DNA of 63,996 nucleotides, counting the filler, from Octopus bimaculoides (lineage: Eukaryota), in the NCBI RefSeq assembly GCF_001194135.2. It is 4 parts of 3 records of this genome, joined end to end, with 100 filler letters (N's around TTAATTAATTAA, not from the genome) between each part and the next. Parts side by side here need not be neighbours in the genome. Positions count along the whole stretch, not along the records: positions 45,933 to 61,948 come from NC_068990.1; positions 62,049 to 63,996 come from NC_068990.1; 2 more parts are not named here. One strand, written 5' to 3'. The translations under genes were made by a program, and so were the position numbers. Under the pieces are notes generated by a model. That model was not told where the DNA came from and did no database searches. It saw only the letters and a program-made list of their open reading frames with translations. This document shows, in pieces, positions 53,291-63,996 of this stretch (position 1 is its first letter; each line of letters starts with the position of its first letter).

Positions 53291-54085
53291 TGCGCCTTCA
53301 CATACACTGCACTACACTGCACATACACTGCACATACACTGCACATGCACTTCACATACACTGCACATACACTTCACATACACTTCACATACACTTCGCA
53401 TACACTTCACATACACTTCACATACACTTCGCATACACTTCACATGCACTTCACATACACTTCACATACACTGCACATGCACTTCACATANNNNNNNNNN
53501 NNNNNNNNNNNNNNNNNNNNNNNNNNNNNNNNNNNNNNNNNNNNNNNNNNNNNNNNNNNNNNNNNNNNNNNNNNNNNNNNNNNNNNNNNNNNNNNNNNNN
53601 NNNNNNNNNNNNNNNNNNNNNNNNNNNNNNNNNNNNNNNNNNNNNNNNNNNNNNNNNNNNNNNNNNNCTTCACATACACTTCACAAACACTGCACATACA
53701 CTTCACATACACTTCACATACACTGCACATACACTTCACATACACTGCACATACACTGCACATACACTTCACATACACTGCACATACACTTCACATACAC
53801 TGCACATGCACTTCACATACACTTCACATACACTTCACATACACTGCACATACACTTCACATACACTGCACATACACTGCACATACACTTCACATACACT
53901 GCACATGCACTTCACATACACTGCACATGCACTTCACATACACTTCACATACACTTCGCAGACACTTCACATACACATCACATTCAGTTCATATGCACTT
54001 CACATACATTTCACATACACTTCACATACACTTCACATACACTTCACACGCACTTTACATGCACTTCAAATACACTTCACATGCA
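53290..54085 (+). repeat. 11-bp minisatellite (CACATACACTT/G)n
   Basis: Direct tandem units visible on both sides of a gap. Confidence 0.95.
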
Positions 54086-55649
54086 CACATCCTAATTTGC
54101 ATTTATAAATAAATTTATGTATAGAAAACGGTCATGAATGGATCTGCTTTCAATCATGAGTTGGGATTTTTCAGTGATTGGGTTGAAGCATTAACTGTCA
54201 ATAGAGACACAGTTTATAAGTATAGAATGTTTAGAAGTAGTGTTAATGTGGATTTTTAAGAAAATACACGTTTTTTATCTCTTAAATTTTACTATGTTCC
54301 AGACGCTGAAATGCAGTCATGCTGGGGCATCTACTTGGACTGTTTGTCTAACTACTCCACCCTAGTACATATTTTATCAGTTTCTTTTGAATAACCACTA
54401 AGTCAAGTGGATGTAGAAACTCCAAATCTCGTTGTCAATTAATAGGGTGATATGGGACTTCAATACAATTTCCATTTACCAAATGCATTCACAAGACCGA
54501 GGGATACACTAGGATCCGCTTGTCAAAGTTGCCATACAACGGAACTGAGACTGAAACCATGTAGTTACAAAGTGGGCATACATAACCCTCTCTCAATGTA
54601 AATCTGTTCATTAGACCTTTTACTCTCCCTGTTTCCTGCTTGCCTTTCTTTATCCTTAAGTAAACTTCCCTCGCTGTTATCTCTCTATATAATGCATATT
54701 TTACTGCATTCATATTTTTATTGCAAATATCAGGGTTTCTGAAACACCCCTTCGTTAACACTAACATGAGTGTAGGATTTGGGGATTGGTGTTGAAACGA
54801 AAAGTCTTCCGGAAGCACTTTCTTGAGGTGAATCCAGTTATTTTATTCGTTTTCACCAATTATGTCAGAATCTTTGTATACGTGCTACCTTTATTTTTCA
54901 TAAAAAAAACGTAGTGTTTCTTCCTTTTATGTCCTGTTCTGACTTGGCGGCAGTGAGCCAAAGTGTGAAAAATATTTCGTTATCACCATCCTCTCGCAAA
55001 TAGGGCAGATAAGTTACTATTGTAAGATTTCAGCCAGAAACGGGAGTGTTTTTCGCCGACGATAGAGAAAATAATGAAGGAGGCTTAGTATCATAAACAA
55101 CAAAATCTGAAAATTTAGTGAAACAAATGCCAAATCTGGATTTATCTCATAAAAAAACGCTTCAGAAACACATAACTGCTCAATAGAAACATTTCCATTT
55201 TTGAATTCTGTAGACCTGAGTAATTAAAACGAATAATGAAAGCAATGAACATTTAGTCCTTAAGTTGTATCTATAAATCGTAAATTAGAAAACAAAGATG
55301 ACGCCAACAGATTGTAACAATATATGTTTCGTCGCAAGGTATTAGGTGAACTTTCTTGTTGCAAATATATACAACGAACTAATATCGCACATTACTAATG
55401 CTTCACTTTAATCAATGGCTTTCACGTTCGTATTTCTATGTCACACATTTTCTTTTGTCATATGAGATATACGATACAGTTGGTACACACACACACACAC
55501 ACACACATACACACACACACATGATTTTACTCGACAATCTCCACGCCTTTTGTCTCATTCACATACACGCTCGTACACAAACGACGCACACGCGCATTCA
55601 CACGCACTTTCATGTATTATGTACGTGTGTTTGAGTGTATGCACACACG

Positions 55650-55702
<53 letters not shown>

Positions 55703-55952
55703 ATATGCTAAAAATTCTTCAAGGCCGTGCTCCAGCATGGCCTCTGTCTAATGACTGAAACAAGTAAATGATAAACGATAAACGATAAATGCAGTGTATT
55801 ATAACAGAAATATGGTCACAAAGGGATTGGTAAAAACCGTACCCCTCCCCCACCACCACTACTTACAAGTACAAAACACCAAATGCATGATCAATTACAG
55901 GTCCATTGAAAGCTACTCAGACCCACAACTATGTTCATATGAATTCATAACC

Positions 55953-56110
<158 letters not shown>

Positions 56111-56112
56111 AA

Positions 56113-56348
56113 GGCGGCGAGCTGGCAGAATCGTTAGCACGTCAGGCGAAATGCTTGCTTGTATTTCGCTCGTTACAGCGTTTTGAGTTCAAATTCCGCC
56201 GAGATTGACTTTGTCTTTCATATTTTCGGAGACGATAAATCAAGTACAAGTGAAATGTTGGGGTCGATGAAATCGACTTAATCCCTTCCCCCAAATTTTA
56301 GGCCTTGTGCTTCCAGTAGAAATGCTTATTATTATTGTTATTATTATT

Positions 56349-56383
<35 letters not shown>

Positions 56384-56617
56384 TATTGTTAATATTATTA
56401 TTATATGGCGGTGAGCTGGCAGCATCGCTAGCACGTCGGGTGAAATACTTAGTGCTATCTCATCTGCCGTTAGGTTTAGAGTTCGAATTCCGCCGAGGTC
56501 GACTCTGCCTTTCATCCTTTCGGGGTTGATAAAATTAGTACCAGTTATGTACTGGTTCGATGTAATTGACTTAATCCCTTCCTCCAAAATTTGAGGCCTT
56601 GTGCTTCCAGTAGAAAT

Positions 56618-56649
<32 letters not shown>

Positions 56650-56870
56650 ATATATGGCGGTGAGCTGGCAGAATAGTTAGCCCACCGGGCAAAATGCTTA
56701 GCGGCATTTCGTCCGGCTTTACGATCTGAGTTCAAATTCCGCCGCGGTCGGCTTTGCCTTTCATCCTTTCGGGGTCGCTAAATCAAGTACCAGTGAAACA
56801 CCGGGGGTTGATGTAATCGATTAGTTCACCCACCACCTATGTTTCAGGCCTTGTGCCTTTAGTACAAATA
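56113..56870 (+). mobile_element. Three head-to-tail SINE family A copies
   Basis: Starts at ~56113, ~56406 and ~56656, each preceded by AAT/TAT-type microsatellite. Confidence 0.85.
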
Positions 56871-56889
56871 CATTATTGCTATTATTATT

Positions 56890-57090
56890 ATGGCCGGGTT
56901 CCAATCTGAGCCGCAGCAACAAAGTCCACTCGTTACACTTCTCGGTCCATTATCACTACCTCGAGGTCCTGGATACATTCCATGCCAGTGTCTGCAATCA
57001 AGTTGTCGATGTAAGCGTGACAACGTTTATCTCTTCTGACACATCACCATGAAGTTGGTTCCACTGGACTAATTTGGAGGCTTACAGTTC
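56890..57090 (-). mobile_element. RTE-like LINE 3' end
   Basis: YIDNLIADTGMECIQDLEVVIMDRE followed by a short (TAA)n tail. Confidence 0.65.
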
Positions 57091-57961
57091 AAAGTGTCAC
57101 ACACAGTGACCCGGCAGTTGCAGCCGTCTTTACCTGATCTCGCTAACTTTCGGCAGGTCTTACACAAAGGCATTCATATGTCACATATTACTGCCATTTC
57201 ACATTTAGGGCTATTCGTAGCACCAGCTCAGCTAGAGTGTGTACCGCCCGAGGCAGTCCTTCAGTCTACTTCCCCCAGGCCCCCACCAAAAATACATATT
57301 GCCTACAGCAGACCTAAAAGTAGTGCCGCCTCTATAAAAACGCTGCCCGGGGGTGGATCGCTCCCTCCTAATTACGCTAGCGATTTGTAGCATCCTTGTG
57401 TAGCATCCTTTTAGCCCGTTTGATAATTTATTGGTGTCAAACAACAGCGACCTCCACCAACACCACCTCGGTAGCGTGATTATTTCACTCCTTTAGTTAT
57501 TATTGTAAACTATAAATTTATATGAACAACGAAGCTATGAATATACAATAGGTAAAATGAATTGTATAAGGAATATTCGTTTGTACTCTAGGCACAAGGC
57601 CCGAATTTTGGGGGGAGGGGGGGAAGTCGATTAGATCGACCCCAGTACACAACTGGTACTTAATTTATCGACCTCGAAAGCAGGAAAGGCAAAGTCAACC
57701 TCGTCGGAATTTGAGCTCAGAACGTAACGGCAGACGAAATACCACTAAGCACTTCCCCCGGCGCGCTAACATTTCTACCAGCTCGCCTCCTGATAAAATA
57801 AGCAATATTGAATTTTCGATTGGAGCATTGCCATTAATTTAACAGATTAAGCAGCTTAAAGTACTAGTGAAATTATTTAGTGTACTGAAGTGTCAATAGT
57901 TACTCAAACATGATAAAAGTAGGAAGTGGATTGTGGTTCTTTTAAAAACTTTATTACTAGG

Positions 57962-58139
57962 CGTAGGAGTGACTCTGTGGTAAGTAGCTTGCTTACCAAC
58001 CACATGGTTCTGGGTTCAGTCCCACTGCGTGACACCTTGGGCAAGTGTCTTCTACTATTACCTCAGGCCGACCAAAGCCTTGTGAGTGGATTTGGTAGGC
58101 GGAAACTGAAAGAAGCTCATCGTATATATGTATATATAT
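57962..58139 (+). mobile_element. SINE family B head
   Basis: Closely matches 2858-3030. Confidence 0.8.
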
Positions 58140-59368
58140 NNNNNNNNNNNNNNNNNNNNNNNNNNNNNNNNNNNNNNNNNNNNNNNNNNNNNNNNNNNNN
58201 NNNNNNNNNNNNNNNNNNNNNNNNNNNNNNNNNNNNNNNNNNNNNNNNNNNNNNNNNNNNNNNNNNNNNNNNNNNNNNNNNNNNNNNNNNNNNNNNNNNN
58301 NNNNNNNNNNNNNNNNNNNNNNNNNNNNNNNNNNNNNNNNNNNNNNNNNNNNNNNNNNNNNNNNNNNNNNNNNNNNNNNNNNNNNNNNNNNNNNNNNNNN
58401 NNNNNNNNNNNNNNNNNNNNNNNNNNNNNNNNNNNNNNNNNNNNNNNNNNNNNNNNNNNNNNNNNNNNNNNNNNNNNNNNNNNNNNNNNNNNNNNNNNNN
58501 NNNNNNNNNNNNNNNNNNNNNNNNNNNNNNNNNNNNNNNNNNNNNNNNNNNNNNNNNNNNNNNNNNNNNNNNNNNNNNNNNNNNNNNNNNNNNNNNNNNN
58601 NNNNNNNNNNNNNNNNNNNNNNNNNNNNNNNNNNNNNNNNNNNNNNNNNNNNNNNNNNNNNNNNNNNNNNNNNNNNNNNNNNNNNNNNNNNNNNNNNNNN
58701 NNNNNNNNNNNNNNNNNNNNNNNNNNNNNNNNNNCCCCTCAAAAAAAAAAAAACACGGAGAAGGGTAGCCGGCAGTAGGCTTTAATCACGTGGCTGTGAA
58801 ACAACTTATTTAACCGCATCGCCAAAGCCGCGAATATTATTGATAATGTTTAATCCACTGGCACAAGTTCACAAATAATTGGGAAGGGGACGGGTGGAGT
58901 GATCATTGTTTGCACCTACCTTCTCTACTTCCTCAAGGGCCTGTTTAATTGACCTGAACAGGTGGAAGACACAACTGACCTCCTGCAATTTGATGTCCGG
59001 TGTGTAGGAAGATAGCTATTTACTATAAGCCATTCAGTCCAGTGACTTGGTTGTTTAGTATAGCGTCTCAGCTTTTTAAATACTACTAAGAAAAGTAGCA
59101 TGAACAGCCCCAAACGGCGCCTCAAAGGTGGTCATTCAGCCTACTAAAAATAGCAGCCAAGTTTCTAAATAACACTCCACCTTTTATCTTTTACATATTC
59201 CAGACATTGGACTGCGGTCAATATATATCTGTTTACATCTATGATTGAGTCTGTGTGTATCTGTCTACATATATACACACACACATATACATAAATGCAT
59301 ATTTATCTATCTATCCATCCATCTATCTGTCAATCTATCTGTCTATCTGCCTGTCTATTAATCAATCA

Positions 59369-59419
<51 letters not shown>

Positions 59420-59486
59420 CGTCTGTATATATTTGCGCGTTTATGAGTGTGTGCGCGCGTATCTCTTTATACATTGACACATCCAG

Positions 59487-59870
59487 TGGAGTCGCAATGG
59501 CCCAGTGGTTAGGGCAGCGGACTCGCGGTCATAGGATCGCGGTTTCGATTCCCAGACCGGGCGTTGTGAGTGTTTATTGAGCGAAAACACCTAAAGCTCC
59601 ACGAGGCTCCGGCAGGGGATGGTGGCGAACCCTGCTGTACTCTTTCACCACAACTTTCTCTCACTCTTACTTCCTGTTTCTGTTGTGTCTGTAATTCAAA
59701 GGGTCAGCTTTGTCACACTCTGTGTCACGCTGAATATCCCCGAGAACTACGTTATGGGTACACGTGTCTGTGGAGTGCTCAGCCACTTGCACGTTAATTT
59801 CACGAGCAGGCTGTTCCGTTGATCGGATTAACTGGAACCCTCGACGTCGTAAGCGACAGAGTGCCAACAG
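59487..59870 (+). mobile_element. tRNA-derived SINE family C, full length
   Basis: A box tggcccagtggttagggc, B box ggtttcgattccc; 3' body shared with 36615-36921(+), 17455-17770(-), 52979-53290(-) and 41069-41130. Confidence 0.85.
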
Positions 59871-59922
59871 CATTGACACACCCACAAACGCACACACATA
59901 CATGCACATACTCACAAACACA

Positions 59923-59956
<34 letters not shown>

Positions 59957-60991
59957 TATCAACATAAATGTATATCTGCCTATGTATATGTTTGCATGTA
60001 CGTATTCACACACACGCACACTCACATTTCACATACACACACATAGACACACATACACACACATGCACACACACGCACAGACCAGTCAATACTGCTCTAT
60101 ATATTCATTTCAATAAACGTGAGTCACCGAGTCACCATAAGTGGGATTCTCTTTCTGTATTCTGGGCCAAAGAAAGAGTCAAAAGCCTATTTGACCTGGC
60201 ATTTTAAATTACTCTATGGCTTTATTTAATTACTCTATGGCTTCATCCAGTTCTATTAAATTGAAATCTTAACCTTAATTAATAATTAATAACCTTTACT
60301 GATTTATTAAGTGTTAAATATCACGGCTGGAGGATTTTCTGTACAAATTCATCAAAAAGATTAATATAGAAATGTTTGAATGTGAGAAATATTTGTATAC
60401 GGTATCGAAGATAGCAGATGCTAGTACATTATTCCGTAAGGTGTGGATAGCTTTTACGAGCTATCGTATATAGTTATATATAGATGTGTTTCTGTATGTA
60501 TGTATGTATGTATATATGTATGTATACGACCTATCGAAAATAGTTACATATAGGTGTGTTTCTGTATGTATGTATATATGTATTTATATTTGTATGTATA
60601 TTACATAATATAATATAATACTAGTTGGACCCGTGTGCGTACGCATTTATATGTATATATGTATGTATGTATATATGTATGTATATATGTATGTATATAT
60701 GTATGTATATACAAACACGCACGCACATACGCGCATACACACAAACTTAAAAGCGCCGAGTGAGTTGGTACTTTACAGCAAATAAAAGAACTCAGAATAG
60801 CTAAGAAAACAGCTTAGAAGATTGAGGAAACACTCGTAGAAGACGAAAAGAAAGTGACCAGCAAGCTGCTACAGAGAATCGAACGCTGTACCTTTCCCAT
60901 TCTATATATATATATTATTTGGGTAGTAAAGAATTTTTTAGAAATTTCCTACTACCAGTGGCCTAGCATGTAAAAAATTAGTCTATAGCCT

Positions 60992-61030
<39 letters not shown>

Positions 61031-61033
<3 letters not shown>

Positions 61034-61947
61034 AATTAGTAAATGAGTATATGCATATATACGTACAGGTATGTGCATACCGACATCCACCTGTATGTAT
61101 ACGTGCATATCTGGGTACAGGACATTGCAAACAAAACGTAGACGAGAAAACACACAAGCCACATAGAGAACATTCTTCTTCATCAGCTACCCCCGTTTTA
61201 ACACCGGCGTTTCGAAGAGCTGGGCAGGACGCATCGCTAAAACGGCTCTTCCCATGGACCGCAAATTAAATTTGTATACACAAATTAAACCTTGCCATGG
61301 AGGAATGTAGTGGCGGACATAAAACAAGACAGGAAAACAAACGGAAAAGGCTATACGGCCAGACGAGAAAAATTATGTGTATGAACGCTGTGAGGCACGA
61401 ACTTGAAAGTGGGGACGGAGTAAGTTCGCGTGTTTGCTCGGCGATAGCCAAGGAAGAAAAGGATTATTGACCGGAAGCATGTGACCATGCCGGTGTAAGG
61501 GGAAGAGAGAGAGAGAGTGGTAGACGGAGAAACAAAGGGAGGAAGTAGAAGAATAGGTGAGCAACGATAGGGAAAGAAGAAGAGAGGAAGTACGAGGGGG
61601 GAAAAGGAGATACGTAGTAGTAACAGAGGATGAACGAGAGGGGTAAAGAGAGATACGTAGTAGTAAACAGAGGAAGAACGAGAGGGGGAAAAATTGAAGA
61701 CGAAGAGAAAGAGATAGAGATAGAGTAGCGTCGGAAAATATAAAGTTGCGAAAACTACTTACAGATTGGTGACGCTGCGTTCGGTCATGTAAAAACAAAT
61801 AGTAAATGAGTATATGCATATATACGTACAGGTATGTGCATACCGACATCCACCTGTATGTATAGGTGCATATCTGGGTACAGGACATTGCAAACAAAAC
61901 GTAGACGAGAAAACACACAAGCCACATAGAGAACATTCTTCTTCATA
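61031..61947. repeat. ~763-bp tandem unit with a near-identical ~150-bp repeated end
   Basis: 61031-61182 is almost identical to 61792-61947. Confidence 0.85.
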
Positions 61948-62048
61948 TNNNNNNNNNNNNNNNNNNNNNNNNNNNNNNNNNNNNNNNNNNNNTTAATTAA
62001 TTAANNNNNNNNNNNNNNNNNNNNNNNNNNNNNNNNNNNNNNNNNNNN

Positions 62049-62087
<39 letters not shown>

Positions 62088-62669
62088 CGAAATGTATCCA
62101 TTACTTTATTGCTTATATAAGGGATGGTTTTAAATTAAACAACTATTTTTAGGAGACCGAGTTGAGAGTGAGTAGTTCCTGATGTGTCCATTGTGCCTGA
62201 TTTCAGAAGCTTGAGAAAGGGACGACAGGAAGTTGGCAACCAAAGATATAAGAAACATTAAGTGAAAAAACAGTTTACATAAGAGTCAGGTCTGCTTTCA
62301 AAGGGTCAATTTACTCACATGCAATAGAAACAGAATCTCCCTCACACCACATTAAAACCAATATATTTAGATATTGGGATGTGATCATAAGAATCTGCCT
62401 TGATTATTGATACACATATATACACACTCTCATGAATATATGTGCCACAGAAACAAACACACATTTATTAGCAATCACTAGTATGAATAGCGAACACAGT
62501 TATTCCCTCAAATTGCAAATTTACAATGTTCTTTTGTGTACACTGTGTAACGCATTGTTATATATTATCATTATTATTATTATAGTGCTGCTAATACACT
62601 GCAGGTTCCAATTAGTGCTTGACCACTGACAGTATTTTGTCAGACACAATCATTGTAATCAGGGATTAT

Positions 62670-63400
62670 AATGTTAGATTTTATCAGCTGGGAGGAATGA
62701 ATTTGCATATATTTTCCATTTTTCTTTGCTGATGGCTAATTGTTTAACACATAATGAAATTCTTGTATTTAGAAGCTTCCCAACTATTTTTAGTAGGAAC
62801 ATAGCAATAATTATAGTGTGACGAACTCTGGAAATAAGATGAAATCTTTTAATTATATTCCTATTATTGTGGTATATAGCTTGATTTATTATTATCACCT
62901 TCACCATAATCAGGACCCCTACAACAATCACTAACCTATCACAACCATCATCATCATCATCACTTCCAACTCACCATTATCTTTCTCCTTCTCCTCTTCT
63001 CACCATCTCTTCCCATGTATGTATACACCCACCCCCACACAGAGTAGTCTATGTATTATAAGTCCATTTTAGCCAACCTTAGCAATTGGTTTTGCATTGG
63101 ATATCTGATAACCAGACAATTATCAAATAAGTGTTCATCAGAACATATTTGAAAATGGCTTTGGGAACTCTAGGAAATAACATGAAAGATAAATTTTCAA
63201 TTTATTGAAATTATTTCTGCTCCAGAGAGTGTAAACTTAGTCTAAAACAATTGCTTTATGCCAAAAGATACCAAATCCGAGTGAGAAGGGAAGATAATTT
63301 CAAGCAGCAAGAAACCATTAAGGGAAAGACAACCATTGTTCTATATTTAAGAGATGAGGAATTATGTACATTATTTACATTTGACAGGCATTTGTCCTTA
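62670..63400 (-). pseudogene. Decayed TRPM-like copy (S3 to TRP box)
   Basis: ORF 63256-63489 and read-through TRIWYLLA*SNCFRL (S4), IENLSFMLF (S5); ORF 62674-62931 IIIAMFLLKIVGK..SKEKWKI (cf. LLIAMF...S..WKF). Confidence 0.6.
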
Positions 63401-63415
63401 TCTTGTTTGTTGTTC

Positions 63416-63460
63416 ACACAGCGTTTCAGCTGATATACCCTCCAGCATTTATCAGGTGTC
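63416..63460 (-). ncRNA. Degenerate hammerhead motif, same family as 23432-23476
   Basis: ACAC-CUGAUAA-AU-GCUG..CAGC-U-GAAAC-GC-U-GUGU. Stem I intact; core G8 and U16.1 mutated. Confidence 0.5.
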
Positions 63461-63505
63461 TTGGGGAAATTTCGAACCTGGGTTCTCATTCCTAANNNNN
63501 NNNNN

Positions 63506-63979
63506 GACAGGTATAATTACCAACACAGGAACATGTATCATATATCAAAATGAAGATGGCCCTCTGTGGATCGCATCCCTACTTCTAAACATAGTCACTG
63601 TTTCTCTCAATGGCAATGTTCCACCTTCGAATGAGAGCATGTATCCCTGCTCTGTAAAATTCTGTTGACTGTTCTTTGAGCCACTTCTTCACTACAGTGT
63701 TCACTTCCTCGTCACTGGAATAATGTTTGCATCTCAAACCCTCTTTCGTGGGGCCGAAGAGATGATAGTCTGACGAGGAAGTGAAAACTGTAGTGAAGAA
63801 GTGACTCAAAGAACAGACAACAGAATTTTACGGGACAGGGATACATGCTCTCATTTAAAGGTGGGATATTGCTATTGAGAGAAACGGTGACAATGTTGAG
63901 AAGTAGGGATGTGATCCACAGAGGTCCAGCTTCGTTTTGATGTATGATACATGTTCCTGTGTAGGTAATTATACCTGTC
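63506..63979. mobile_element. Mariner-derived fold-back element: two inverted transposase 3' ends
   Basis: ORF 63585-63809(-) SDYHLFGPTKEGLRCKHYSSDEEV..WLKEQSTEFYRAGIHAL..RW..DYV; 63506-63714 is inverted at 63771-63979 with mismatches. Confidence 0.85.
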
Positions 63980-63996
63980 CTAAACAAAATGGCATT

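Noticed and set aside
53290-54112. His/Thr-rich repeat protein ORFs
   Set aside because: Translation of an 11-bp non-triplet minisatellite; open in several frames by composition.
57220-57385. Possible hAT-type MITE (GC-rich, ctagc-containing ends)
   Set aside because: Terminal repeats too degenerate and no TSD found.

Overview
AT-rich eukaryotic genomic DNA from a gapped draft assembly (about a quarter N). It is dense in microsatellites and tRNA-derived SINEs of families I recall from octopus genomes, so a cephalopod origin is inferred, not proven. There is no intact protein-coding gene, and most long ORFs in the track are N-gap or microsatellite artefacts. Main signal, from hand translation of the non-repeat DNA: about 15 heavily decayed, apparently intronless fragments of a TRPM-type cation channel, all on the minus strand. 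The longer fragments keep the family's motif order (ALAWNRV, LFIW, preS1/S1, YDFWN, S4, S5, pore, S6 N-x-L-x-N-L-x-IAMF, TRP box WKF). They are packed head-to-tail in the first 33 kb and recur to the end of the window. These assignments are by-eye motif matches across stops and frameshifts and need a frameshift-aware profile search. Also present: a possible kelch-repeat relic, a decayed DNA transposase, R4-, RTE- and Penelope-like retroelement fragments, five minimal hammerhead-ribozyme motifs in two families, a fold-back element made of two mariner 3' ends, several hairpin MITEs, and a ~763-bp tandem unit.
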